DNA from: Macrostomum lignano
Taxonomy: Eukaryota
Length of the DNA stretch: 30,881 bases
Assembly: GCA_002269645.1 (NCBI GenBank)
Contig: NIVC01000786.1
Location: 1-30,881 of the forward strand
Direction of reading: 5' to 3'
Shown: in pieces, positions 12,915-25,954 of the stretch
Layout: each line of letters starts with the position of its first letter
How positions within the stretch are numbered: the stretch's first letter is position 1
The notes under the pieces: generated by a model
What the model was told of the DNA's origin: nothing
The model's input: the letters and a program-made list of their open reading frames with translations, nothing else
The model's database searches: none
Position numbers and translations under genes: made by a program

Positions 12915-14942
12915 TGACTGACTGACTGGGGCATCTAGGCTCGTTTAGCAGAGCTCGGTGTACTTTTATGAGGTAAACAACGGCTAAGGTGTCTGCTTTC
13001 GCCGTGGCAACTGCACCGCCATGGAGCTGGCAGCTCGCTGATCTGGCAACTAGGTGAAATCACATATCGATGTAGCATCGATTCAAGGCCTGGGTGCGAA
13101 CGTAGGCCGCACCGTCGGCAGTGTCTGGGGCACCGTCATCACCCAGCAGGCAGTCGACGAAACGCCGAGTGCGCGCCTGTCCCCGCCAGTAGGGTGCCTG
13201 CAGCGTCAGCAGCAGCAGCACCTCCTGCATCGGCTGCGGGCAGTACATCTCGGCTAGGATGAAATGGCTTGCCAGCTGAAGTCGCCGACGGCGCAACAGC
13301 TCGCTGGGACGGGACAGGTCGGTGCGGCGATAGAGTGCCGCATTGGTGACTCGCTCGTAGCCGATCGTGAAGGCGGCGCGCAGCAGGCCTGAGTGCTCCG
13401 GACCGATCAGCTGTTCGAGCGAATCCGTCAGCGTCCAGGTCTCGGCGTTTTACTACAGGACGGTCTCGATCACCGCCTGAAACAACGCCGCCCTCTGGCG
13501 GTCGGGCAGGGCCTCGGACTGCAGGACAACCCTCAAGGAGCGGAACGCAGTCCAGGAAAATCCACGGCGACGTCGTAGGTCCTCGCGAACGTCAGGCACC
13601 AGACCGCCGAGTTAGACGAACTGCTGACAGCACGGAAGCTTCGTCACCGTCACAGCACAGCACGGATAGCGACGATTTGCGCCATGGTCCATTCGTTGGG
13701 TGCCGCCTCACCGAAAAGCACGCGGTTCATCACACCGCATGCTTTCATCACATCGCTGGCCACACAGTGTAGTCGTAGCGCCTCGATGGGCCCCTCGTCC
13801 GGACCCAGCGCTTTGCAGCCCGGAGTCCTCAGGGCGAGCATCAAAACATCGGCTGTGCTGACTGGGGCTACATTGAAACTCTCCTCTGCCGGCAATGGCG
13901 TCCCCGGCGGCAGCCTCAAATCATTTGGCAGCGGGGCGGCGGCGCGTTGATGACGGCGAAGAACTCGCGCAGCTCATTTCTGCGCTCATCCGGAGTATCG
14001 CCAGCCAGGTTGAGTGCGATGCGCCGCTTCCGCCCGCCCGGTCAGAGCGTTGATAACGGCCCAGGCCACGCGCCCTTTGGCGTCGGGTCCAGTGGCGGTG
14101 ACGGCCTGGATGGCGTCGTCAACAGCGGCCTGTTGCTGCTGCAGGTAGACAGCCGCCAGAGCCTCCTCCGCCTCGCGAGTTGGCTGCCTGCTCAGACGGA
14201 GCCTCTCCAACTCTGGCCCTCGCTTGCCGAATCGGAGGGTCATTCTGTCAGACCGGCTGCCTAGGTTGGGCCGGTTGAATCAGCGGGACTGCTTGCTCCG
14301 CCGCGGCTCTAACCGCGGCACTTACCTCCGTGTACTCGGCGCGCCTGCACCAAGCGCGCTGACGAAGGCGCTAGCGAAATGCAAAATGGCGACGCGGCTG
14401 GGTGTTGATGAGCACACGGTAATAGCGCCGCAGTGGCCGCTTCTGCGGACGGTAAAGCGGATCGCGTACACGCAGGTTGCACACGAGGAGCCGGTGGTCG
14501 GACCGCAGAGCCAGCGGCGTGATGGTGCGGCAGTTGACGGCACGGCGGCGCTCACGAAGACGCACGAGCACGTGGTCGAGCTGTGCCTGCCTCCGCGGCA
14601 GATGTCACAAACAGCGACCGTTCGGACCTACACGAAACCATGTCCAGGTCTTTGAAGACGACCACCGTGTCACGCTGCAAGCTGCACGCGGTTTCCTCCA
14701 CCTGCGCCGAGAACTGCTCGTCAAGAAGACTTGAGCCTCGTCAGGTCGGGCGGAAGGAGGCGCGTACGCGCAGAACAGGCGAGCATTCCGGCCGCGAAGC
14801 CGAACGTCGACCCGAAGCAGCCGGTCAGACAGGGAGATGCAGCGACAGCTCTGCTGCAGCCTCGGTCTGATCAGCGCTCCAACTCCTCCACAGCTTTGTT
14901 GGTCCGCCGACGTGTACCAGGGGGTCCAACCGGCGCCTAGAT
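12915..14942 (-). mobile_element. Non-LTR retrotransposon (RTE-like, APE endonuclease + RT), 5'-truncated, internally deleted and degenerate, antisense to PKA-C
   Basis: Minus-strand frames show APE motifs GGVGALI, SDRLL, FCAYAP and QLDHVLVR...LRSDHRLL. The pre-RT region reads KALGPDEGP...PNEWTMAQIVAI. The RT end and C-terminus read CQQFV*LGG...DLRRRRG...ETVL**NAETWTLT...VTNAALYRR...LLRRRRLQLASH, which is the RTE-type SETW / RRLRWxGH region, with a stop at 13060. RT motifs 1-6 are missing. The 3' boundary is taken from a (CAGT)n-like tail at 12915-12928. Confidence 0.9.
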
Positions 14943-15012
14943 ACCCAATTCTGACCAGTAATTTATCTTGGGAGCACTATACCAGTTGTCTACGATTGGG
15001 TCAGTCACAATG

Positions 15013-15113
15013 GGGTCGTTTCATAAACCCGAATTTTCACAATTTCGAAATACACTGGAGAGATAGGAGACTTCACAAACCGAAATTTCAAAGTCGGGTT
15101 TATGAAAGCGCCC
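15013..15113. mobile_element. Small MITE-like inverted-repeat element, about 100 bp
   Basis: Arms GGGTCG-TTTCATAAACCCGA (15013-15032) and TCGGGTTTATGAAA-GCGCCC (15094-15113) form a perfect 14-bp stem with further imperfect pairing. CACAATG is repeated on both flanks (15006-15012, 15116-15122). Confidence 0.6.
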
Positions 15114-15578
15114 GCCACAATGCACTTCTGTCTGACACGTGGCTCTGGGCTGATTGCATACCTCTAGCTATGGGTATTACAAGCAGTTCAGCAGGTGCGA
15201 GAATAAAAGTTGTAAATTTTTCCTCTGATTTCACCTGCATGAGTGCGGCTCTAGGGCTTGCGGCGCTGCTGCTGCAGACAGCCAAACTAAGCATTGTGCA
15301 CCTTGATCCCTTGATCCCTGGCAAGCCAGATACAGCACCGGTGCAACCCCGGTAGCCACTGAACTGCGGTGGCATTCCAAGCGGGAAATGGTGGAACCAT
15401 TTGTCAATTGGGGCCGCGGGTTGGCGGGGCCTCCGAGCTGTGCAAGAAATTGCAAGAAACTGCTTCTTCTTCAGCTGACACACGGACACGAGTAATTGTA
15501 ATTTACTGCCTGTGTACTGCTGCTTTGAAGCTTAATGTCATTCTTTTATAACTATATCATACTTTATTACACTCCTTT

Positions 15579-15726
15579 ATATTCTATTATATTGTATTCG
15601 ATTCTAGTCTATTTTATTCTATCCTATTCTATTCTATTCTATTCCACGTCTATTCTATCCTATTCTATTCCATTCTACTCCTATTCTATTCTATTCTATT
15701 CTATTCTATTCTATTCTATTCTATTT
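15579..15726. repeat. (TATTC)n pentanucleotide microsatellite, degenerate at the 5' end
   Basis: Read directly. Confidence 0.95.
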
Positions 15727-17795
15727 CATACAGTAAAGAACTGTATTACGAGCAGGAGCCATTCCGTGCAACTCTACTGTCAATCATCGCACAAGCATGA
15801 CCTTCTTTGCTTATTTTGAGTGGACAGGAAGAGAAGGCGGGGGAGGGCGAGAAGGAGTCGAGAGTGAGAACGATAGTCACGTGATTTTCCGAATCGACTG
15901 GCTGCTCAGCCCCGGTTCCCAGCGGAGAATTTTATGGCTTTTTTTATTCCAGAGCTGTTTAATCAGCCGGCACCCGCAATGCACCGGTCCGCAGCTAAAC
16001 TGACAGCAGATGGTTGGACAGCCGAGCAGGCAAACATGGCCTCACCAATGTGGCCCTTAAAATAAGCTGCTCACTGAGTCCCTTTGACATTGATGTGCTT
16101 TTCTGCAGTTCTCTGTGGTATCAGGCCGGTGGTCAGCCAGTCTCCGCATGGGTGGCCCCCTTGTGTCAGACTGACTGCCAGTCAGAAGCGAAAAGTACTG
16201 ACATGTACATGTAGATACACGCAAATTTATGTACCAGCTATAGTGAAAACATTACTTTTTGTGTGGTTCACTGTTTCTTGCGGTGTTACATAGCGAAATG
16301 GTCTCAAGCTTATCTTGGAATCTCTTTGACTGCCCGACTTGCTTCATTATGATTTATTGCCGTGTGGGAGCAACTCTGTGAGCCCTGCTCGCACAGAGCC
16401 CAATAGCAAACTCGAAACTCGTCAAGCGCGATTACAATTTAAACAAGAATTTGCTCAATAGGCGTGTAAATATGCTATAAGCCTCTGACACTTTTGCGCT
16501 CATCCAACCAGATTGGCGGCAAAGGCGGCAGTAAATATTATACAGTGATGGCAGACATCTCGCACAAATTCACAGTCGATAAAGCTCTTCAATGCGCCAT
16601 TCTCTCCGCCTCTCCCGCATGCATGGATTGCGGGCTTGTCTCAATGCGGGGTCTTAGATTGCATGGCCAAGGAGTGCGTATTTCATTGGCCTGCGTGCGG
16701 GGGGCGAGTTCAATACAGATAGATTTATACTGTATTCAACAACTAGCACGGCCTTGCAACCCTGTAATAGCAACAGTTGGCTCAGTTCGAAAGAAGACTG
16801 CTTAGTGTAGGCAGTGGGCAGGAGTGAGGGGTGGCCTTGTGTTACTTATTGCTGCACAGGCAAAGCTCGATATCACTACGTGTTTCGGGGCGTAGTGGCA
16901 AAATACTACATGGTATTGTATAAGGCTTGCTCTCTCCACCTCCCCCCACAGCTGTACATTCTCCTGTGCCCCCTTGATCGCGCCAAAATGACAGACCACA
17001 GCGCGACAAGCTCTGTAGCTCTGCCTCTTGTCTCCAGTGCCGCTCGCTCCAGCTATATAATAATGCGGGTCTTCGCGTCGACGCAGCTCAGCTGGTCCTG
17101 GCGGTGTAACGCTACAGCGAACCCACCCTCCCCATTTTTCTATTGCGGCAATATTCTCTATTTTAAAGAAGCAACTCTTCTTGTAGGTGGGTTAGTTCAA
17201 ATTCTTCTCGCACGGTCTGAGTAAATATCAGCATAAAAGTTGCCAGAGTTACAGGCTTATAAATAGCCACTGTTTGTACTGCAAAGCTTTATACCGGCGA
17301 ATATCTTAGTGCAAAAAGCGTTTGCACAAGCCTTTTCAGTTGTAACAATTACGAAACTAATAGACTTTGAGAAGTTTAATTCTTATTCTCAAACTTTTCC
17401 TCATGGAGGATTTTTGTAAGTGCTTTCAATTTATTAAATTTTAACTAGGCTATATACATTAACATGTATGTTTACATGTACAATGTCCATATGTACATGT
17501 ACTGCACACAAAGATTTGAAGAAGTAGCGCCGCTGCATGTGTCATGTAAATTGAATTATCTCTTACAGGATAATAATTAAATGAACAGGCACAAATTCGA
17601 TTGTCTGCAAAAATATCACTTAGGAGTCGATTTATTATAGGTCATCAATAAATCTACTAGTCCTTTTCAGAGCCTACCCACCAGTATATGCAATCCTTTT
17701 ACAGAATAAATCCTCTATTCTCTCACTCACTCTCTCTCTCTCTAATCAAAATTTCCTTTTCATGGCACAGACAGAGTCAGGGGCCCAGTAAACAC

Positions 17796-17811
17796 ATGGA
17801 ACTAAAAAATC
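17796..17811 (+). CDS. Weak candidate micro first exon C of PKA-C: MELKN + C (phase 1)
   Basis: CTAAT branch motif at 17742, pyrimidine tract, cacag| at 17770, ATG at 17796 and a moderate donor AATC|GTAATG. Would join exon 26010 in frame (MELKN-L-KNFL). Confidence 0.22.
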
Positions 17812-18281
17812 GTAATGTGCTACAGAAGAGAATGTTTTCGAGCACTTTAGTGTCATTTGGCTGTGCATCTATTCTTCTTCTGTTAAAAATTTACAGACGT
17901 GCTAGATTTTTGCTTTCGATTTTCTCCCTATCATTTTAGAACCTAAGAATTTCTACAAGGAAGACCCATTTCGTTGAAATATTCGCTTTTGTTCACAGCT
18001 ATTTTATAGGGAAAATGTACACGGAATCCAGAACAAAGCATTTCTTCAATTTCCGTAGCACAATTTAACGGTTTCCATGGTTCCGCAATAACGACACTAA
18101 GAGCGGACTTGATATTGATTTTCCAAGAACAACTTGACAACACTTCATCTAAAAAATCTCACAAAATTTGGCTTATAAGTGTGGATTTGCTTTAATCGTT
18201 CTTATTTGATTAAAAACAAATCTAATAAAAGTATGAATCTTTTCAAAAATAAGTTTAGTAACGCTCCTAGTAAGAAGAACG

Positions 18282-19728
18282 ACCCATCAGATGGTATGTT
18301 TTACTGTTGTAAGATTTTTACAAAGGCCAATGCTCCATAGCCACTTAAAATTAAAAACTATTTGTCTTGATAATCACATAATTTAGGCCTGTCTATTAGC
18401 AGAAAAGGTAATACTAGAACATTTATTAACCACATAGAATTGTAATCTAAACTAATGCTTTATAATCAAAGTTCCCATTTCTAAATAAACTTGGAATAGA
18501 TTCATAGTAAAAATGTATTAACAGCAGAAAATTTACATAACAAAATTTACATAATAAAATAATGTCAAAATTGTACCATACACACAGATACACAAATGGA
18601 ATTTTAATTTTTATACATAGAGACATAAAAGTAAAAAATCTAATAATTTAATAAAAATATTTTTTTTAAGATTAAAAAACTATTTTTCAGTTTAATTATT
18701 AATTCTACTTTCTGAATACATATATTAGAACATATGCTAGGTTTTTTAAGGTTGGAAATCCAGTTGCTAGCTAGCCTTTTAGGACTCAAAATCTAGTTGC
18801 CAATGGCTATTTTTGGTTGCCCATTGGCAACTAGCCAAATCTTAAGGATAGATATTTCCAAGGTTGTTTGAAAAGTAAAAATTTGTTTTCTTAGTTCTAA
18901 GATTTCTATCTATGCTGCAAACAATAACAAACTAAACAATTCCATCATATTGATTCATATGGCACTTAATATATTTACAAAATCATTTTTAAACTAGCAA
19001 CTAGTATAGGAATAATGAAGTTGTCATATTGGCCTCTGAGGCCAAAAATCCAGTTGCCAATGAGATTTTCAAGGGGTCAAAAAACCCCATATGGCTCAAA
19101 AGACCTAGAAATATGAATATAACTATTTTGAATAGATTTAAAAAATAATTTTTTGATTGATTTTATCAATTATATCAACTTCAAGTTCTAAGATCATATT
19201 AATACTAGAGATTTTAGACATTTAAGCTATAGAAAATAGATTTGGCTATACTATATAATTGAATAATAAAATAAATAAGATAATTCAAAATTTGTTCTTA
19301 TAAAGAATATATTAATAAAACAATTTATTTTCAATAGAAATAAACTTGGAATATTTTAGAGAAATCTATCCACTATAGATAATTTTAGATCAATTGAAAG
19401 TTCTTTAATATAGTATTATGATATAATTATATAGACTTATTGGAATATCCTATATTTAGTAGATTGTATCTAGTATCAATATGCCAAAAAGAATTAGATT
19501 AGCATAGGCATAGATATACATATGATTTAAATTGGTTTCATAAACATTCAAGCAAGGAATCTATTGATCAATAGATGGAAAGCCAAAGTATAGTAATAAA
19601 AAATAGTCAAAAATAGTTTAAAAAATTATAAAATACACCAGAAAATTTAATATACAAAACAGTAAAACAAAACAGTTATTTATATTGCTTCTTCCTTAAA
19701 TTTTTCATAATGACTACCAAAACTTCTT
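18282..19728. other. AT-rich, CpG-free intronic block with degenerate GTTGCC/GGCAAC repeats (probable decayed DNA-transposon ends at about 18750-19110)
   Basis: No CG dinucleotide was found by eye in these 1.45 kb. Repeated motifs aaatccagttgc (about 18756 and 19046), aaatctagttgcc, ggttgccc and ggcaactagcc. Confidence 0.5.
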
Positions 19729-22700
19729 CACACTGACTGCACTGCCAATAGTCACCCATCACTCCCTGACACTGACTGCCAATAGTCACCCATCACTCCC
19801 TGACACTGACTGCCAATAGTCACCCATCACTCCCTGACACTGACTGCCAATAGTCACCCATCACTCCCTGACACTGACTGCCAGTAGTCACCCATCACTC
19901 CCTGACACTGACTGCCAATAGTCACCCATCACTCCCTGACACTGACTGCCAGTAGTCACCCATCACTCCCTGACACTGACTGCCAATAGTCACCCATCAC
20001 TCCCTGACACTGACTGCCAGTAGTCACCCATCACTCCCTGACACTGACTGCCAGTAGTCACCCATCACTCCCTGACACTGACTGCCAGTAGTCACCCATC
20101 ACTCCCTGACTCTGACTGCCAGTAGTCACCCATCACTCCCTGACTCTGACTGCCAATAGTCACCCATCACTCCCTGACACTGACTGCCAATAGTCACCTA
20201 TCACTCCCTGACACTGACTGCCAATAGTCACCCATCACTCCCTGACACTGACTGCCAGTAGTCACCCATCACTCCCTGACTCTGACTGCCAGTAGTCACC
20301 TATCACTCCCTGACACTGACTACCAATAGTCACCCATCACTCCCTGACACTGACTGCCAGTAGTCACCCATCACTCCCTGACTCTGACTGCCAGTAGTCA
20401 CCCATCACTCCCTGACACTGACTGCCAGTAGTCACCCATCACTCCCTGACTCTGACTGCCAGTAGTCACCCATCACTCCCTGATACTGACTGCCAGTAGT
20501 CACCCATCACTCCCTGACTCTGACTGCCAGTAGTCACCTATCACTCCCTGACACTGACTGCCAATAGTCACCCATCACTCCCTGACACTGACTGCCAGTA
20601 CTCACCCATCACTCCTGACACTGACTGCCAGTAGTCACCCATCACTCCCTGACTCTGACTGCCAGTAGTCACCTATCACTCCCTGACACTGACTGCCAAT
20701 AGTCACCCATCACTCCCTGACACTGACTGCCAGTACTCACCCATCACTCCTGACACTGACTGCCAGTAGTCACCCATCACCCCTGACTCTGACTGCCAGT
20801 AGTCACCTATCACTCCCTGACACTGACTGCCAATAGTCCCATCACTCCCTGACTCTGACTGCTAGTCACCTATCACTCCCTGACACTGACTGCCAATAGT
20901 CACCCATCACTCCCTGACACTGACTGCCAGTAGTCACCTATCACTCCCTGACACTGACTGCCAATAGTCACCTATCACTCCCTGACACTGACTGCCAGTA
21001 GTCACCCATCACTTCCTGACTCTGACTGCCAGTAGTCACCTATCACTCCCTGACACTGACTGCCAATAGTCACCTATCACTCCCTGACACTGACTGCCAA
21101 TAGTCACCCATCACTCCCTGACTCTGACTGCCAGTAGTCACCTATCACTCCCTGACACTGACTGCCAATAGTCACCCATCACTCCCTGACACTGACTGCC
21201 AGTAGTCACCCATCACTCCCTGACTCTGACTGCCAGTAGTCACCTATCACTCCCTGACACTGACTGCCAGTAGTCACCCATCACTCCCTGACTCTGACTG
21301 CCAGTAGTCACCTATCACTCCCTGACACTGACTGCCAATAGTCACCTATCACTCCCTGACACTAACTGCCAATAGTCACCCATCACTCCCTGACTCTGAC
21401 TGCCAGTAGTCACCCATCACTCCCTGACTCTGACTGCCAATAGTCACCCATCACTCCCTGACACTGACTGCCAGTAGTCACCCATCACTCCCTGACACTG
21501 ACTGCCAGTAGTCACCCATCACTCCCTGACACTGACTGCCAGTAGTCCCCCATCACTCCCTGACACTGACTGCCAGTAGTCACCCATCACTCCCTGACTC
21601 TGACTGCCAATAGTCACCCATCACTCCCTGACACTGACTGCCAGTAGTCACCCATCACTCCCTGACACTGACTGCCAGTAGTCACCTATCACTCCCTGAC
21701 ACTGACTGCCAATAGTCACCCATCACTCCCTGACACTGACTGCCAGTAGTCACCTATCACTCCCTGACACTGACTGCCAATAGTCACCCATCACTCCCTG
21801 ACACTGACTGCCAATAGTCACCCATCACTCCCTGACTCTGACTGCCAGTAGTCACCTATCACTCCCTGACACTGACTGCCAATAGTCACCCATCACTCCC
21901 TGACACTGACTGCCAGTAGTCACCCATCACTCCCTGACACTGACTGCCAGTAGTCACCTATCACTCCCTGACACTGACTGCCAGTAGTCACCCATCACTC
22001 CTGACACTGACTGCTAGTCACCTATCACTCCCTGACACTGACTGCCAGTAGTCACCCATCACTCCCTGACACTGACTGCCAGTAGTCACCCATCACTCCT
22101 GACACTGACTGCTAGTCACCTATCACTCCCTGACACTGACTGCCAGTAGTCACCCATCACTCCCTGACTCTGACTGCTAGTCACCTATCACTCCCTGACA
22201 CTGACTGCCAGTAGTCACCCATCACTCCCTGACACTGACTGCCAGTAGTCACCCATCACTCCCTGACACTGACTGCCAATAGTCCCATCACTCCCTGACA
22301 CTGACTGCCAGTAGTCACCCATCACTCCCTGACACTGACTGCCAGTAGTCACCCATCACTCCCTGACTCTGACTGCCAATAGTCACCCATCATTCCCTGA
22401 CACTGACTGCCAGTACTCATCTATCACTCCTGACACTGACTGCCAGTAGTCACCCATCACCCCTGACTCTGACTGCCAGTAGTCACCTATCACTCCCTGA
22501 CACTGACTGCCAATAGTCACCCATCACTCCCTGACACTGACTGCCAATAGTCACCCATCACTCCCTGACTCTGACTGCCAGTAGTCACCTATCACTCCCT
22601 GACACTGACTGCCAATAGTCACCCATCACTCCCTGACACTGACTGCCAGTAGTCACCCATCACTCCCTGACTCTGACTGCCAGTAGTCACCTATCACTCC

Positions 22701-25700
22701 CTGACACTGACTGCCAATAGTCACCTATCACTCTCTGACACTGACTGCCAATAGTCACCCATCACTCCCTGACACTGACTGCCAGTAGTCACCCATCACT
22801 CCCTGACACTGACTGCCAGTAGTCACCTATCACTCCCTGACACTGACTGCCAATAGTCACCCATCACTCCCTGACACTGACTGCCAGTACTCACCCATCA
22901 CTCCCTGACACTGACTGCCAGTAGTCACCCATCACCCCTGACTCTGACTGCCAGTAGTCACCTATCACTCCCTGACACTGACTGCCAATAGTCCCATCAC
23001 TCCCTGACTCTGACTGCTAGTCACCTATCACTCCCTGACACTGACTGCCAATAGTCACCCATCACTCCCTGACTCTGACTGCCAGTAGTCACCTATCACT
23101 CCCTGACACTGACTGCCAATAGTCACCTATCACTCCCTGACACTGACTGCCAGTAGTCACCCATCACTTCCTGACTCTGACTGCCAGTAGTCACCTATCA
23201 CTCCCTGACACTGACTGCCAATAGTCACCTATCACTCCCTGACACTGACTGCCAATAGTCACCCATCACTCCCTGACTCTGACTGCCAGTAGTCACCTAT
23301 CACTCCCTGACACTGACTGCCAATAGTCACCCATCACTCCCTGACACTGACTGCCAGTAGTCACCCATCACTCCCTGACTCTGACTGCCAGTAGTCACCT
23401 ATCACTCCCTGACACTGACTGCCAGTAGTCACCCATCACTCCCTGACTCTGACTGCCAGTAGTCACCTATCACTCCCTGACACTGACTGCCAATAGTCAC
23501 CTATCACTCCCTGACACTAACTGCCAATAGTCACCCATCACTCCCTGACTCTGACTGCCAGTAGTCACCCATCACTCCCTGACTCTGACTGCCAATAGTC
23601 ACCCATCACTCCCTGACACTGACTGCCAGTAGTCACCCATCACTCCCTGACACTGACTGCCAGTAGTCACCCATCACTCCCTGACACTGACTGCCAGTAG
23701 TCCCCCATCACTCCCTGACACTGACTGCCAGTAGTCACCCATCACTCCCTGACACTGACTGCCAATAGTCACCCATCACTCCCTGACACTGACTGCCAAT
23801 AGTCACCCATCACTCCCTGACACTGACTGCCAATAGTCACCCATCACTCCCTGACTCTGACTGCCAGTAGTCACCTATCACTCCCTGACACTGACTGCCA
23901 ATAGTCACCCATCACTCCCTGACACTGACTGCCAGTAGTCACCCATCACTCCCTGACTCTGACTGCCAATAGTCACCCATCACTCCCTGACTCTGACTGC
24001 CAGTAGTCACCTATCACTCCCTGACACTGACTGCCAATAGTCACCCATCACTCCCTGACACTGACTGCCAGTAGTCACCCATCACTCCCTGACTCTGACT
24101 GCCAATAGTCACCCATCACTCCCTGACTCTGACTGCCAGTAGTCACCTATCACTCCCTGACACTGACTGCCAATAGTCACCCATCACTCCCTGACACTGA
24201 CTGCCAGTAGTCACCCATCACTCCCTGACTCTGACTTCCAGTAGTCACCCATCACTCCCTGACACTGACTGCCAGTAGTCACCCATCACTCCTGACACTG
24301 ACTGCTAGTCACCTATCACTCCCTGACACTGACTGCCAGTAGTCACCCATCACTCCCTGACACTGACTGCCAGTAGTCACCCATCACTCCTGACACTGAC
24401 TGCTAGTCACCTATCACTCCCTGACACTGACTGCCAGTAGTCACCCATCACTCCCTGACTCTGACTGCTAGTCACCTATCACTCCCTGACACTGACTGCC
24501 AGTAGTCACCCATCACTCCCTGACACTGACTGCCAGTAGTCACCCATCACTCCCTGACACTGACTGCCAATAGTCCCATCACTCCCTGACTCTGACTGCC
24601 AGTAGTCACCCATCACTCCCTGACACTGACTGCCAGTAGTCACCCATCACTCCCTGACTCTGACTGCCAATAGTCACCCATCATTCCCTGACACTGACTG
24701 CCAGTACTCACCCATCACTCCTGACACTGACTGCCAGTAGTCACCCATCACCCCTGACTCTGACTGCCAGTAGTCACCTATCACTCCCTGACTCTGACTG
24801 CCAGTAGTCACCCATCACTCCCTGACACTGACTGCCAGTAGTCACCCATCACTCCTGACACTGACTGCTAGTCACCTATCACTCCCTGACACTGACTGCC
24901 AGTAGTCACCCATCACTCCCTGACTCTGACTGCTAGTCACCTATCACTCCTTGACTCTGACTGCCAATAGTCACCCATCACTCCCTGACACTGACTGCCA
25001 ATAGTCCCATCACTCCCTGACTCTGACTGCCAATAGTCACCCATCACTCCCTGACACTGACTGCCAGTAGTCACCCATCACTGCCTGACTCTGACTGCCA
25101 ATAGTCACCCATCACTCCCTGACACTGACTGCCAGTAGTCACCCATCACTCCCTGACACTGACTGCCAATAGTCACCCATCACTCCCTGACTCTGACTGC
25201 CAATAGTCACCCATCACTCCCTGACACTGACTGCCAGTAGTCACCCATCACTCCTGACACTGACTGCTAGTCACCTATCACTCCCTGACACTGACTGCCA
25301 GTAGTCACCCATCACTCCCTGACACTGACTGCCAGTAGTCACCCATCACTCCCTGACTCTGACTGCCAGTAGTCACCCATCACTCCCTGACACTGACTGC
25401 CAGTAGTCACCCATCACTCCCTGACTCTGACTGCTAGTCACCTATCACTCCTTGACTCTGACTGCCAGTAGTCACCCATCACTCCCTGACACTGACTGCC
25501 AATAGTCCCATCACTCCCTGACTCTGACTGCCAGTAGTCACCCATCACTCCCTGACACTGACTGCCAGTAGTCACCCATCACTCCCTGACTCTGACTGCC
25601 AATAATCACCCATCACTCTCTGACTCTGACTGCCAGTAGTCACCCATCACTCCCTGACACTGACTGCCAATAGTCACCCATCACTCTCTGACTCTGACTG

Positions 25701-25954
25701 CCAATAGTCACCCATCACTCCCTGACACTGACTGCCAGTAGTCACCCATCACTCCCTGACACTGACTGCCAGTAGTCACCCATCACTCCCTGACACTGAC
25801 TGCCAGTAGTCACCCATCACTCCTGACACTGACTGCCAGTAGTCACCCATCACCCCTGACACTGACTGAAAGTAGTCACCCATCACTCCCTGACATTGAC
25901 TGCCAGTAGTCAGCCATCACTCCTGACACTGACTGCTAGTCACCTATCACTCCC
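19729..25954. repeat. 34-bp minisatellite/satellite array CACTGACTGCCA(A/G)TAGTCACC(C/T)ATCACTCCCTGA, about 6.2 kb, about 183 copies
   Basis: Read directly; period 34 measured from consecutive copies. Variant units with 1-3-bp deletions occur. Non-coding: the period is not a multiple of 3 and each unit contains TGA and TAG. Confidence 0.99.

Noticed and set aside
16802-16999. QLWGEVERAS resembling Merlin QWVFGGVERG
   Set aside because: A single short resemblance with no other Merlin motifs in the neighbouring frames.
19729-25954. CRISPR-like appearance of the regular 34-bp repeat, and of the other arrays
   Set aside because: The units are head-to-tail with no unique spacers, there are no cas genes, and the context is a eukaryotic intron.
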